Source of the DNA: Torpedo marmorata | Taxonomy: Eukaryota | NCBI GenBank assembly: GCA_977017645.1 | Contig: OZ360239.1 | Coordinates: 44,702,001-44,766,000, forward strand | DNA length: 64,000 nucleotides | Direction of reading: 5' to 3' | Shown here: positions 52,901-64,000 of the stretch, piece after piece | Numbering within the stretch: position 1 is the first letter of the stretch | How the letters are laid out: each line of letters begins with the position of its first letter | The notes under the pieces: generated by a model | What the model was told of the DNA's origin: nothing | Database searches by the model: none | What the model saw: only the letters and a program-made list of their open reading frames with translations | Made by a program: the position numbers and the translations under genes

Positions 52901-55900
52901 GCCTTTTTGCTTTAACCCTCAACCCCGTTTTACAAACGCTCTTTTTTTATGTGGACACCTGACGCCTTTGTTCAATTTTAATGGCATGGTTTTAGATATT
53001 ACCCCCCTCCCCTCCCCCATTTCCTAAAAAAAGTAGACGTCTTCCAAATCATTGCTACTGAGCTAATTGTTGGTCTCTTTTAAAAAATGTATATTTCTGG
53101 CTGACTTTTAAAACAAAACACTTGAACTACTCAACCGCTCGCGGGCGCTCAGGGCTATTTAGCGCACAAATAACGGCAGTTTTCAAATAAAGGTAACAAA
53201 ATCGTAGTGCGCCTAAACTTGCGGTGAACATTACACAAAGGGCTACAATGTAAACTCGCATGGTACAGCGCGAGGTGAGAACGGTAGGGGAAGCGTGGCA
53301 CTTCGAGTATTGGGGTCATTTCCGCAGCATGTAACATACATTCAATTGCGAACCAGTCTAATTGTTTATCGCGTTTCTCGATCCAGTTAGGCACTTTTAA
53401 TTGATTGCAATCTATTTCCCAACTTACACAAAAATAAGCAAATAGCTAAACCCGCGTCATATTTTTGTTCAAAGAAACGGTACAACGGTCATTCGGGGAC
53501 GTCTAACGCATAAAAAAAAAACACAAATTAATTGATCGATTAAAATGGTTTGTCCCTTCTTTGCAATCTAGCTTTCACAGAGATGTTATGCCAGAACTTA
53601 AATGAAAATAGCCAAATTCATAAATGTTCTCCGCACTACTATATTACAAGGCGAGATGTGATTTTTTGGAGAGGTGCTTAGTTGAATTTTAAGGTTTTTT
53701 TCCCCTCAGGAAAATATATTCTATTAAGCGCCTTGCAGAGATTCAGCAGAAAGCCTTGATCCCTGTTTTCGCGTTGCAACCTGTAAGGTGCACATTTGAC
53801 AAATAGCGCCGCCTCGGGAGGCCCAGAGACTCGGCTTTGGGATCAATCTTGCCTCCATCAACAGCTCGCCAACATCGCGAATGTGGAAAGGAGCCCGTTG
53901 ATCACACTAAGATTTCCGTACCAACTTTTTCCCACAACTAAGAAACCTTTAGACGCACACTAGATACATCACATTGCCGCGCTTACCTTTCGGCCCCGAC
54001 TGCCTGCAACTTTCGAGCTTTCAATTTTTACGCCGCGCATTAATTAATATCCAGACCGTCAACTTTTTTTTGTGAACAGAAATAAATAAACCGACTGCAC
54101 CTTTCTAAATATTTCTCCGAACATGCTGTAAAGTTTCATCACTGGACTTACTACGGCGTGGGTATCAATTCGTATGTGGCAATGATTTAGAAACGCGTGA
54201 GACCACGATTTGTCGACAATATGCAACTTTTCACCACTTTTCGCCTGAGAGGTAAATAACACACAACCACTTTTATTTTATAAAGCAGACCGTGATTGGA
54301 AAAGTGAGGTAGATCTTTAAACCGAAGACATTGGGGTCATATTTTGTGCAACTCGCAACGAGAGATAGAAACAAAACGTATAAAGGTCCTCATTGTAAAC
54401 GGGGCATCACCTCACGGCCGAGAGAGCCGCTGAAATACCTCCTTACGAGGTTACACCTGGACTGGCGTACTGGCGTATTCTTTGGTCACACGAAACTAGA
54501 AACTTTCTATATCGGGACATAACTCAAACTTAATCACCGAAGTGCGCAAGTTATCGAGCCATTCCGACAGAAATATATTTTGGGGGAAGTTGGGGGCAGG
54601 GGAGGGGGGAGAGAAACATTACGCATCTAGGTTAAGAATATCAAATAAACGGCCGGTCTGGATAACATTTAGTCAATTAAAACCACGGTGGGTTCATCAG
54701 TAAATCAGCCCAGTGTCCCAACTTTATTTTGTTCTTAACCTCAAGAAGTTGTGCAAACTCTAACTTCCCGATCTCAGAGGTGGAATTTTCACGAAGGATC
54801 GATTGCTTAATTTTAAATATTATAACACGCTTTGATGAAACACACTTCATTCTGATGTTTAACTAAATCTGATATTTTTTGTGTTGGTCATATTTAATTT
54901 AATATGTTCAATCCAGATGTCATTCCTAGGGTGAGATAGTCAGTGATGGAGTGAAGCTTCAGTTCAATTCATGGAGGGAAATTGTATAATACTGGCTGAG
55001 AACTTACTTTTGTATTGCAATTGGAGAAACAGATTCAAAGAAAACTATTTTTAAAATAGCCAAAACGTAATATATATATGTTCAAACTCTACCTTTTAAA
55101 ATCGGACACTTTAGACAATGAACAATATATACTGGGTATCAGTAGCGAAACTTTCAATCTACTGCTCTTTACAGTTTTATTTTCAGTATGAAAATATTCA
55201 AAGATAAAATTTAAAACCCCAATTTTAACACTGCGTATTCTAATCGCGTATCTCATGCCGTACAAGCACTGCGAAAAAAATAATTCCATTAAAAATTTGT
55301 ATATTTTCATACTAATAGAACTATTGATTGGAAAGCTGTTGCCAATTTACTTTTTGTAATGCCACGCCGCGATTTGCATTTATTCAACAGATCGTAATAA
55401 AGAAAGAAAGCTGGGCGGTTTGGCTGCCGAAAGCGTAGCTGGGGGGCAATGCAAGAACATAGATTGCTTCCAGTCAATTAATATGCAGTTTGTCCCAATA
55501 AAACAAGGAGTGGAAATAAAATAAGACACTGCGGGTTTCTCCACGATTAAGATTAGTCAATGAGATTTCCAAATTTGTTGTTAGGCATGAGATGCTCCTT
55601 TAACTGACAGTAATTTGTTAAACAACCAGAGATGCTCCCGCATACTTCAAACTGCCAAAAAGGTATTACCCTTGAACTAGATCTAAATTATTCAGCAGGG
55701 TAATTTACCTAAAGAAAACACGGACAAAGTTAAATACAATATTACATCCTGGGATGTATTTGCTTGCAAATCATTTGGAAGGAAGGAATACTATGAGTTA
55801 GAACAAAGTTTGATCCTAATACATTGGCTTAGTAAAATTAATTTGAAAAGAGGGGACCAATATTTGCTGTAGGAAATTGGATCGGAACATGAACGGTAAA

Positions 55901-58900
55901 CATATTTAATCTGTATTTTAACAGCTATTTTTTTTGTTTTTGACAGGGTCGCGTTTTATCCCAATATTTAGAGTTGGCGTTTTAACGCAGATGGCATCAA
56001 TGAATAACAAGAGATGGGCTAACTTCTTGCAATCAAAGATTATTACCAACGCTTTTGGATTGCGATCAAAAATCTCAACCCTCGTACTATGGTGACAGTG
56101 CGCCACCTAAAGGAATTATTGTGTATAAACAGGATAACAACTTCAGGAGTTCAGAATTTGAACAATACCGTTCATTTTGAAATCTCACAGAGATTTTATG
56201 CTCTGATCATCTTTTAAGGATATATTTTGGCCAAAAGGTAATGCTAGTCAATAGTTAATTTGCGTTCATCAATTTCATTACACGGATAAATATTAACAAA
56301 GTAAGAAAAGAACACCAAAGAACATTTTTTTTTCAAATGCATGCACAACATAATCAAATGGATTAAAAGTGACCACTTTCTGAATATTGATTAATGGAAA
56401 TATAGAAGACTGCACAATTAATGACATAACCTCAAAAGTGATTGGGGGTTTGACATACCTGTCTCTCAGATGAACTTTGCTCGAGTTTTTTTTTTCTTTT
56501 TGTATTTTTACATCAATCTGGATTTGAGCTCGATGAACTCAACTTCACCTACTGACCATTAAATCCAATATCAAGGAAATGACCACCACGAATAAATCAA
56601 CAATATTCCTGACAGATCGATCAGTTTGTGGTAGTTTACTTTTAGAATTGATTCGTGGCTATTATAACAATACTTTAAACATTATCTTTTACGAGGCAGT
56701 ACACGATGAAGGATATAATTTCAAGCTTAAAACCGAATGAAGAAATGCCTTCATTGTCAGAACGCACATTCAAATTAAATTGATTTGTTTCGAACTTTTA
56801 ATGCTGTTTATGCATTTTTCCACACCATACAAATAACGAAAGGCCGCAAGGGCGGGAAAGTTTTTTGGGATGAATTTAATCTGCAAAGCACGGATGAATA
56901 ATAAAGGTAACCGAAATGTTTATGTGACGCAATGTTATTAAATAGAATATTAAGAATGAAAGTTTCAAAGAAAAGTTGAGAAAATGTTATTTATTATATA
57001 TTAATATTATACAATTATCCATTATAAATACACCGGTCATATCTGTAGTACATATCCATGATATACAAACACACGTCTATTTATATTAATCTGTGAATTC
57101 CATGTTTACATGGACGCGTTGAAGCTCAAATTATTTTAGAGAAAACATTGAAACATCTCATGAAGTGCTGGTAACATATATACGAGCTAAATGTGAATTA
57201 TACAAAATAACAGCGAAAGGGAGGTTTAAATGCAAAATAAAGAGAACGTGTCTGACTATAACCTATAACTGAGACTGTTATGGCATGTCAAGGTAGTGTG
57301 AAATCTGGAACGTCGCTTACCTTGCATGGACAATTAGACACTAGACAGATTTTCCTTTAAAGCCAAAATCGGAACTATTTGCCCGTCATGTTGTGTTTAT
57401 TTATGTACTGTGAAAGCCTGATCCTGGACTAGTTTAGTTACTTACAGGGAGAATATTTGCATTTTCTGTCTGCAACTCAAATTGGGGTCGCGTGGCCAGT
57501 GCAAACCCTGCTCAGACGCAAGCGCAGTCCAACTGATCTGGGGAGGCGGAATGTGGTTTGTGCTTTATGGCTTTGTCTTTGGCGTGTTAAATTGATCGGG
57601 GAAAGGGGTGAACGACAAGGAGCAAAGAACTTCAGACAAGTGGGCGGCGGGTTCCTCAGAGTCTTGAGCCGCGGGTGCATTACTCCAACAGGGGCAGAGG
57701 TCCTTTTAAAAAAAGGACAGCCTCTCTTCCCGCAACTCCCCCTCAGGATAAATGCAAATGTTATGACAACTTCTCAAGTGTTGAAGGTTAAACATTTAAG
57801 TGTTTAAAAAGTGTCAGAATCTGAGCGAACGTTGACTGAAACTGTGCGCGACTTCCTGAAGTAACTGTCTTTGCCCAACAGCGCTGAATTCCCATGCTCG
57901 GTGAACTATTGGAAAGCGGGTCATGGTGTGAAAGGGCACGTACCAGGTGACCCTGGAGTTCAGTTTAAATATGGCAGTCGTTCCACGGGGACAGCAACAA
58001 GCAGCCGTACAAAACTTCCCAGCACTCACACTCATGTCTGTCATACAAGTGAACGCGAACAGGGTGTGGAGCAAGTGTTGTCACAGAGTTAAAGGCATGC
58101 AACAGAAACAATTCAAAGGGTGCATAATTGACCATACACAATTTGCATCTACCTTTCATTCTTTGCAGGGCTTTTGGAATAACTTTGGGCGATGATATTC
58201 ATCCTCAGCACACCATAATTTTTATTCACTCAATTTTATGGAAATTGTTGTACATTTAGAGGAAATTAAAGCTCTTTTTTTTGGTATGAAAAGAAATGAT
58301 TTTGGGAATACAATGTATGTACTCGAGCATTTTAAGGTTGGTTACCTGTAAATTAATTTTGTTTTATTGCTGGGCTCAGTGAAAAGAACTGATCAATATC
58401 AATGTAAGTATAGAATTTGCAAAAATATTATGATAAAATTTAAGACTACTCAAAATTTAATAACCTGGACATCAGCATTAAGGGTGCACAGATATTTATC
58501 AATACAATTACACATAAAAGGTTTCTTTTAAATGAGTTTCCAGCCAATTAAGGTGTTCCGATTATGTCAAAAACCATTAAGGGGAAAGTTCAAGTAGACC
58601 ATAAACATGGTCTGAACTTTGAGATACAGCAATACTATTTAACTCACACTTTGGTACCTATTATGTTTCCAGATTATTATGCCACTTATAGCTAATTAGG
58701 AAGCTGATTTTATGATGTCAGAAGACATTCAACAGTCTGAGAGGTCTGGGACATTCATTCTCCAGCATTATACATTCTGTTTCCATGGGAACTTGGACGT
58801 TAAATCCAATGATGGAATTCAACAGTCAAGTATGTTTTAAAAACAACAGCATTGTTTGTCTCCCAGACGTCACACAAAGTAGCCATTAATTTACAGTCAG

Positions 58901-60420
58901 AAATAGTGTTTGTAATATATTTTCTTTAAATTATTTTGAAAGCAAAAAGATATTTGTAATATTTAGAAAATTATATTTTCTAAAGTAAGTTGAGTGTCTT
59001 CTCTCCATTTCTTGCTCTAATCTGTTTGATTGACTTGTCAGAGTTCCAGAAAGTAGACAATATATAAAGCAAGGAACTTACATTTGTTTTCAAGATGTTC
59101 TTATTTCATGGAAATGGTTAAAATATATGTTACAGGATGTAATTAAAATGTACTTTTAAAAGATTTTCTTTGTCTGGAGCATATCAGCAATGAGGTTGAT
59201 GATGTTTGGAGAATGATGTTATATTCTATATGTCATTGCAGTAACTTTTGAATGTACGTTCTTTGAAAGTAAATGATTGTAAAAGGAATACAATTGACTA
59301 AAAGTGAGCATTGATGCATGGTAATAATGACCCTTTGCTCCGATAAGTAACCTCGATTAAATCAAAGCTCTCAGCAACGAATTTCTGCAAAAATATTCTG
59401 AAATATTTATTTTTTACCATGTGTAAATAGTAAGAATGTGCCACTAAGAAAGTCCCATAAAATTGGAAGCATACATTTTAAGAAAAGTATTTTCCTTTGT
59501 AAATGCTCCATTATTAACTGATAATGTAACCCACCGTATTGTTTGTTTACATGCTCTGAAAATAATTGTGAACCACCTTCATTCAGTCAAGAAAATTAAT
59601 TCAACTTTCATTATTAACTTTGAAAATTGTAAGTTTATTTTGCAAACTATTGGAATACATTTGTCTGTAGCACATGTATGAAGGTACAACTAATAACGCT
59701 AATAAATGTTGAAATTAAAATTACTAATAGAAGACATGAATATCCATACAACATTTTAAAATGCATTTAATAGATTAAGTTCATCTTATTGTTCTGATTT
59801 TGATGCAGTAATGCCACTATACTGTGTCAATGTTAATGCAGTTATTGTAATGGAAGCTAAATACAGCAATAAAACTGAATCCAGGGTCTGTGAGAGAATT
59901 AGAACATGTTGTACTTTGTTACCATAGTCTGAATTGTCAGAGGGAAATAAGCAAATATAGGTTGATTACACCAATAATCTTTTATTAATCATCAAAAAAT
60001 GAGTTTATTATTATGGATTAAAACTTTCCCATTAAATGAGATTATCAAAATCCTCGGTAGTTATTTGCTAACTAGGTTCTGGGGCAGGGAGAACATCATA
60101 GCACATAGCTGACTTCACATGACATCTGTGGTAATGTTGCAGGTGTAGCCTCGGACATATAGCTGATGACCACAATTCGTAAGTGCTGTTGATGCCAGTG
60201 GAGAGTTGTGCACATAGATTTCCATGCCCATAGATGTCCATGCCCATGCAGAGAGCACCATTTCCCAGCTGGTTCACTCACAGTGTTTTGAGAAGACAAA
60301 CAGGAGTATTCACCTTTTCAAAATGAACTTCTGGAAACTATTTGCATCAAGTTTCATTTTATGTTTACATTTTTCACTTCACCTTCGCCTGTAGATAGTC
60401 TTTTTAAACATGATTCTAAA

Positions 60421-61246
60421 ACATCTACAAGTTTGCCGATGTCGGCAGAATCACAAACGGCAATGAGGAAGCGTACAGGAGGGAGATAGATCAGCTCATT
60501 GAATGGTATAACGACAACAACCTTGCGCTCAACATCAGCAAATGATTGTGGACTTCAGGAGGAAGTCAGGGGAACACGACCCAGTCCTCATCGAGGGCTC
60601 AGTAGTGGAGAGGGTCAAGAACTTCAAATTCCTGGGTGTCAACATCTCTGAGGATCTGTCCTGGAGTCTCCACGTTGATGCAATCACAAAGAAGGCTTGC
60701 CAGCGGCTATACTTTGTGAAGTGTCTGCGGAGATTCGGTATGTCACCAAAGACTCTCGTAAACTTCTACAGGTGTACCGTGGAGAGCATTCTGGCTGGTT
60801 GCATCACTGCCTGGTATGGAGGCGCCAACTCTCAGGACAAGAATAAACTCCAAAGGGTTGTTAACTCGGCCTGTGACATCACAGGCACCAGACTTTACTC
60901 CATCGAGGACATCTACATGAGTCGGTGTCTTAAAAAAGTAGCCTCTATTCTAAAAGACCCCCACCACCCAGGCCATGCCCTCTTCACTCTGCTACCATTG
61001 GGAAAAAGGTACAGGAGCCTAAAGACGAGCACTCAACAGCACAAGGACAGCTTCTTCCCCGCTGCCACCAGATTCCTAAATAATCAATGAACAAAAGACA
61101 CTACCTTACTTTTCGTGCACTATTATTTATATATATTTTTATAGAAATGTCGTAAGATGGTTATAATATGAATGCTTGCACTATGATGCTGCCGCAAAAC
61201 ACCGAATTTCATGACATTCATGACAATAAATTCTGATTCTGATTCT
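60421..61246 (+). mobile_element. Rex1/Babar-like LINE 3' fragment
   Basis: IYKFAD near 60423; ORF 60542..61090 (MIVDFRR...FKFLGVNISEDLSW...DPHHPGHALF); tail gacaataaattctgattctgattct. Confidence 0.9.
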
Positions 61247-62604
61247 AATCTTTTATCTCGCACAACTTTTTATTTAACTCTGCATTTATAATCTGTATCT
61301 GTAATAATTTCCCATTAATCTATCCTTTCTTACACAAAATCTGATCAGAAAAATTTATTTATTGCCACAAGCTGGTGTGAACTGACCATTACACCAGAAC
61401 TACCAGCCAGAAGAATGCACCTTAGGCACATTCAAAAGTGAGCCTTCAGCTTCATTTCCTTACAAAAGGGCTTTAAGAAATACATGCAGCTTTAATGCAA
61501 ATATGTTCAGGAGCTAAGGTGACTCGTGCACTAGATGCAGAGGGGGAGATGCATGGATAAAGGAAATGCAGTATGGAAAGCTAACAAGAAGATGGTCACC
61601 CTGACTGCGTAGCAGGCCATTGTATTATAAGGAGGAGACACCGTAATTCAAGAACAGGGCAAAAGTGGCAACATGTTGATGACCAGTTTCCCAAATCGGG
61701 ATCTTGATTCACACATTCACCTTATCTCATGCTTGATTTTTGGCAGGTGCTATAAGCAGGAAAACCATTGGCTTTCCATATCTCAGCTGTTTGACTTCTA
61801 CATAGAGATCGGACACCCTCCATCATACACAAAAATTGACGGCCTGCATGTTATATTTAATTTTAACTGGTGATAAAGCAGATGTCCTAACCTTCCTTCA
61901 GATAAAGGTTCACACCCAAAAACACCACAACAGTTGTCTGATCTGTTATGTATTTTCAGCTTCTTTTTGCTTTAATTTCAGATTTTCAGTTTCTGTATTT
62001 TATTTTTCCTCAATTGGCACATTTGCTCATGACAAAGTGGAAACAGCATAACCACCAAATAAAACAGAATATTAATTTTAGTATTTAACCAGGAACATAT
62101 GTGTCAGTCATTAAATTACTGACTATCAATTTTTTGAAGAAAATTGTAATTAATTTCAGATGTTTTGGGCATGACATGACACCATAATATAAAACTCGCG
62201 CTGGGTTTTGATTGGGCGCAGATTAGCATTCTAAGAATAGAAAAGCCACCTTTGGCAGGAAAGCACTTTATCAAAGGTGGTGTTAAAACCACTTTATCTT
62301 AATAATGCCAAGCACAAGTGACATTTCTCCTAAGCAAAACCATGCTTTTTTTCAGGATCATTTAGCACATGTAAAAAGACAAAGGAGAATTGAATTTGTG
62401 AATTATTTTACTCTTTAAAAATCATGGTAAAATAGAATCATATTTTACAAATATGAACTAACTTCTTACAATATTGAAGCTCAGAAAGCTTTTATCTTTT
62501 ATCCCAACTATTTATCATGTTTCTCACAATTGTCATTGTGTTACAACTATCTAAGGAAGTATTTTTTTTCATTGCCTTTTCAAAACATTCTCAAATGGCA
62601 TTAA

Positions 62605-62845
62605 GTAAAGGTAAAGGTAAAGGTTCCATTATTGTCACGTAATACTACATTTAGAATGTAACATACATGAAATTCTTTAATTTTTGTCTACCGTAAGGCA
62701 GACAGAGGGTCGCTACTTTGTCCAGCACCCCTCACAGAAACCTACAGCACCTGGTGTTCCTTGGCGGTCTCCCCTCTAAGTACTGACCAGTCCTGTGCCT
62801 GCTTAGCTTCTGAGAATCAGACAATCCCAGTCGTATTGGTGCTGT
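62605..62845 (-). mobile_element. 5S-rRNA-derived SINE, copy 2
   Basis: Nearly identical to 29881-30122, with a short deletion near the 5' end and a longer (ACCTTT)n tail. Confidence 0.88.
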
Positions 62846-63589
62846 TCTTCTGCTATAAAAATAAAAATAAAAATGAGAATAACATATATTTAAATCACCT
62901 ATGAATAGTAAAACCAACATAACCTTTAATAGTACAGTTACTTATAATTACATTTTTCAGTTATGTAAATGTTTTATAATATTTAAATGTGTTGCTATTA
63001 AAGCAGTCATGACTATTTTTTAAAATTCACTCCTGTTCTCATTTTAACGTACCATTTTCTATAAAGTTGTTTAAACTTGCTTTGGAACCTTGGGTTGATA
63101 TATGCTGCATTTCATATCTGGTAAAGATCTACAGTGAAAAAAGCCTAGTAGTTGGTTGGAATTTTTTTTTTCATGTGGGTTATTTTCTTTCTTGCTCTTT
63201 CTTTGGAAAGAGCAAGAGAGAAAATTCCAGCATTTTAAACGAAGTGATTATTCACTCAGCAGGTGTTGGGTCAATAAGGGGGCCATTACATCTTATACAC
63301 AAAGCTGTTGGGCAAATGACCAAGTGAATTGTCTAATTCCCACAGCTGTTATGTGAATGAAACCACCCTCACTTTTATTTCCTAAACTGCAAAAACTCCT
63401 GAGAAATGCTGCTTACATAGCAACTAAATAAATAGTCCAATTTTCAGACCAGGGTTTTAACGTTTCTGTTGAGTGCTTAAAGCAGTTAAAGAATATTAAG
63501 TATTTTTGAATGGGGCGAGCTTTTGTATTTTTGCATTTAATATTTAAAAATACATGTCATAAATTGAAAAACAAAATGTAAGATCTTTA

Positions 63590-64000
63590 GCATCCTGAGA
63601 GTAAAGCTCTCCAAAACGTAGTGGACACAGCCCAGGACATCACAGGCAAAACCCTCCCCACTATTGAGTACATCTACAGGGAATGCAGCCGTCAGAGTTG
63701 CAGCAACAATCATCAAAGACCCACACCACCCAGCGCACGCTCTGTTCTCGCTGCTGCCATCAGGAAAGAGGTATAGGTGCCACAAGACTCGCACCACCAG
63801 GTTCAGGAACAGCTGCTACCCCTCCACCATCAGACTCCTCAATGACAAACTCAATCAGAGACTCATTTAAGGACTCTTACTTGTGCACTTTATTGATTTT
63901 CTTTTGTTCTCTCTGTATTGCATAGTCAGTTTGTTTACATTCGTTATCTGCTTACAGTTCTTTTATTTGTTTACATGTTTACGCTGTGTACAGTTTATTT
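63590..64000 (+). mobile_element. Rex1/Babar-like LINE 3' fragment (runs off the window)
   Basis: ORF 63664..63870 (IIKDPHHPAHALFSLLPSGKRYR); same family as 12186-12850 in the opposite orientation. Confidence 0.88.

Noticed and set aside
60542-61090. Host gene encoding a 182-aa protein
   Set aside because: It is the C-terminus of a Rex1/Babar-like LINE with a typical 3' tail.

Overview
AT-rich vertebrate genomic DNA. The repeat content (V-SINE/HE1-like SINEs, CR1, Rex1/Babar-like and Penelope-like elements) suggests a cartilaginous fish, probably a batoid; this is inference. The window holds the 5' part of EBF3 (COE-family transcription factor) on the minus strand: coding exons 1-6 at 49185 down to 43042, all with GT-AG introns. 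The promoter and upstream region lie at about 49.2-64 kb, and more than 43 kb of the very long intron 6 fills 1-43041; I did not find exon 7. Transposons cluster at about 5-31 kb and beyond 60 kb, leaving about 29 kb around the promoter free of recognisable transposons, with a CpG-retaining domain inside it. The most unusual items are: (1) a Harbinger-type MITE carrying a MER2/Tigger-like captured segment that forms part of a 185-bp foldback; (2) two near-identical copies of a 5S-rRNA-derived SINE with a Rex1/Babar-like tail; (3) an L1-like insertion that is both 5'-inverted and 3'-truncated, with intact target-site duplications; and (4) a Penelope fragment nested in that L1, carrying a minimal hammerhead ribozyme motif. 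All family names come from recalled consensus sequences; no database searches were run.
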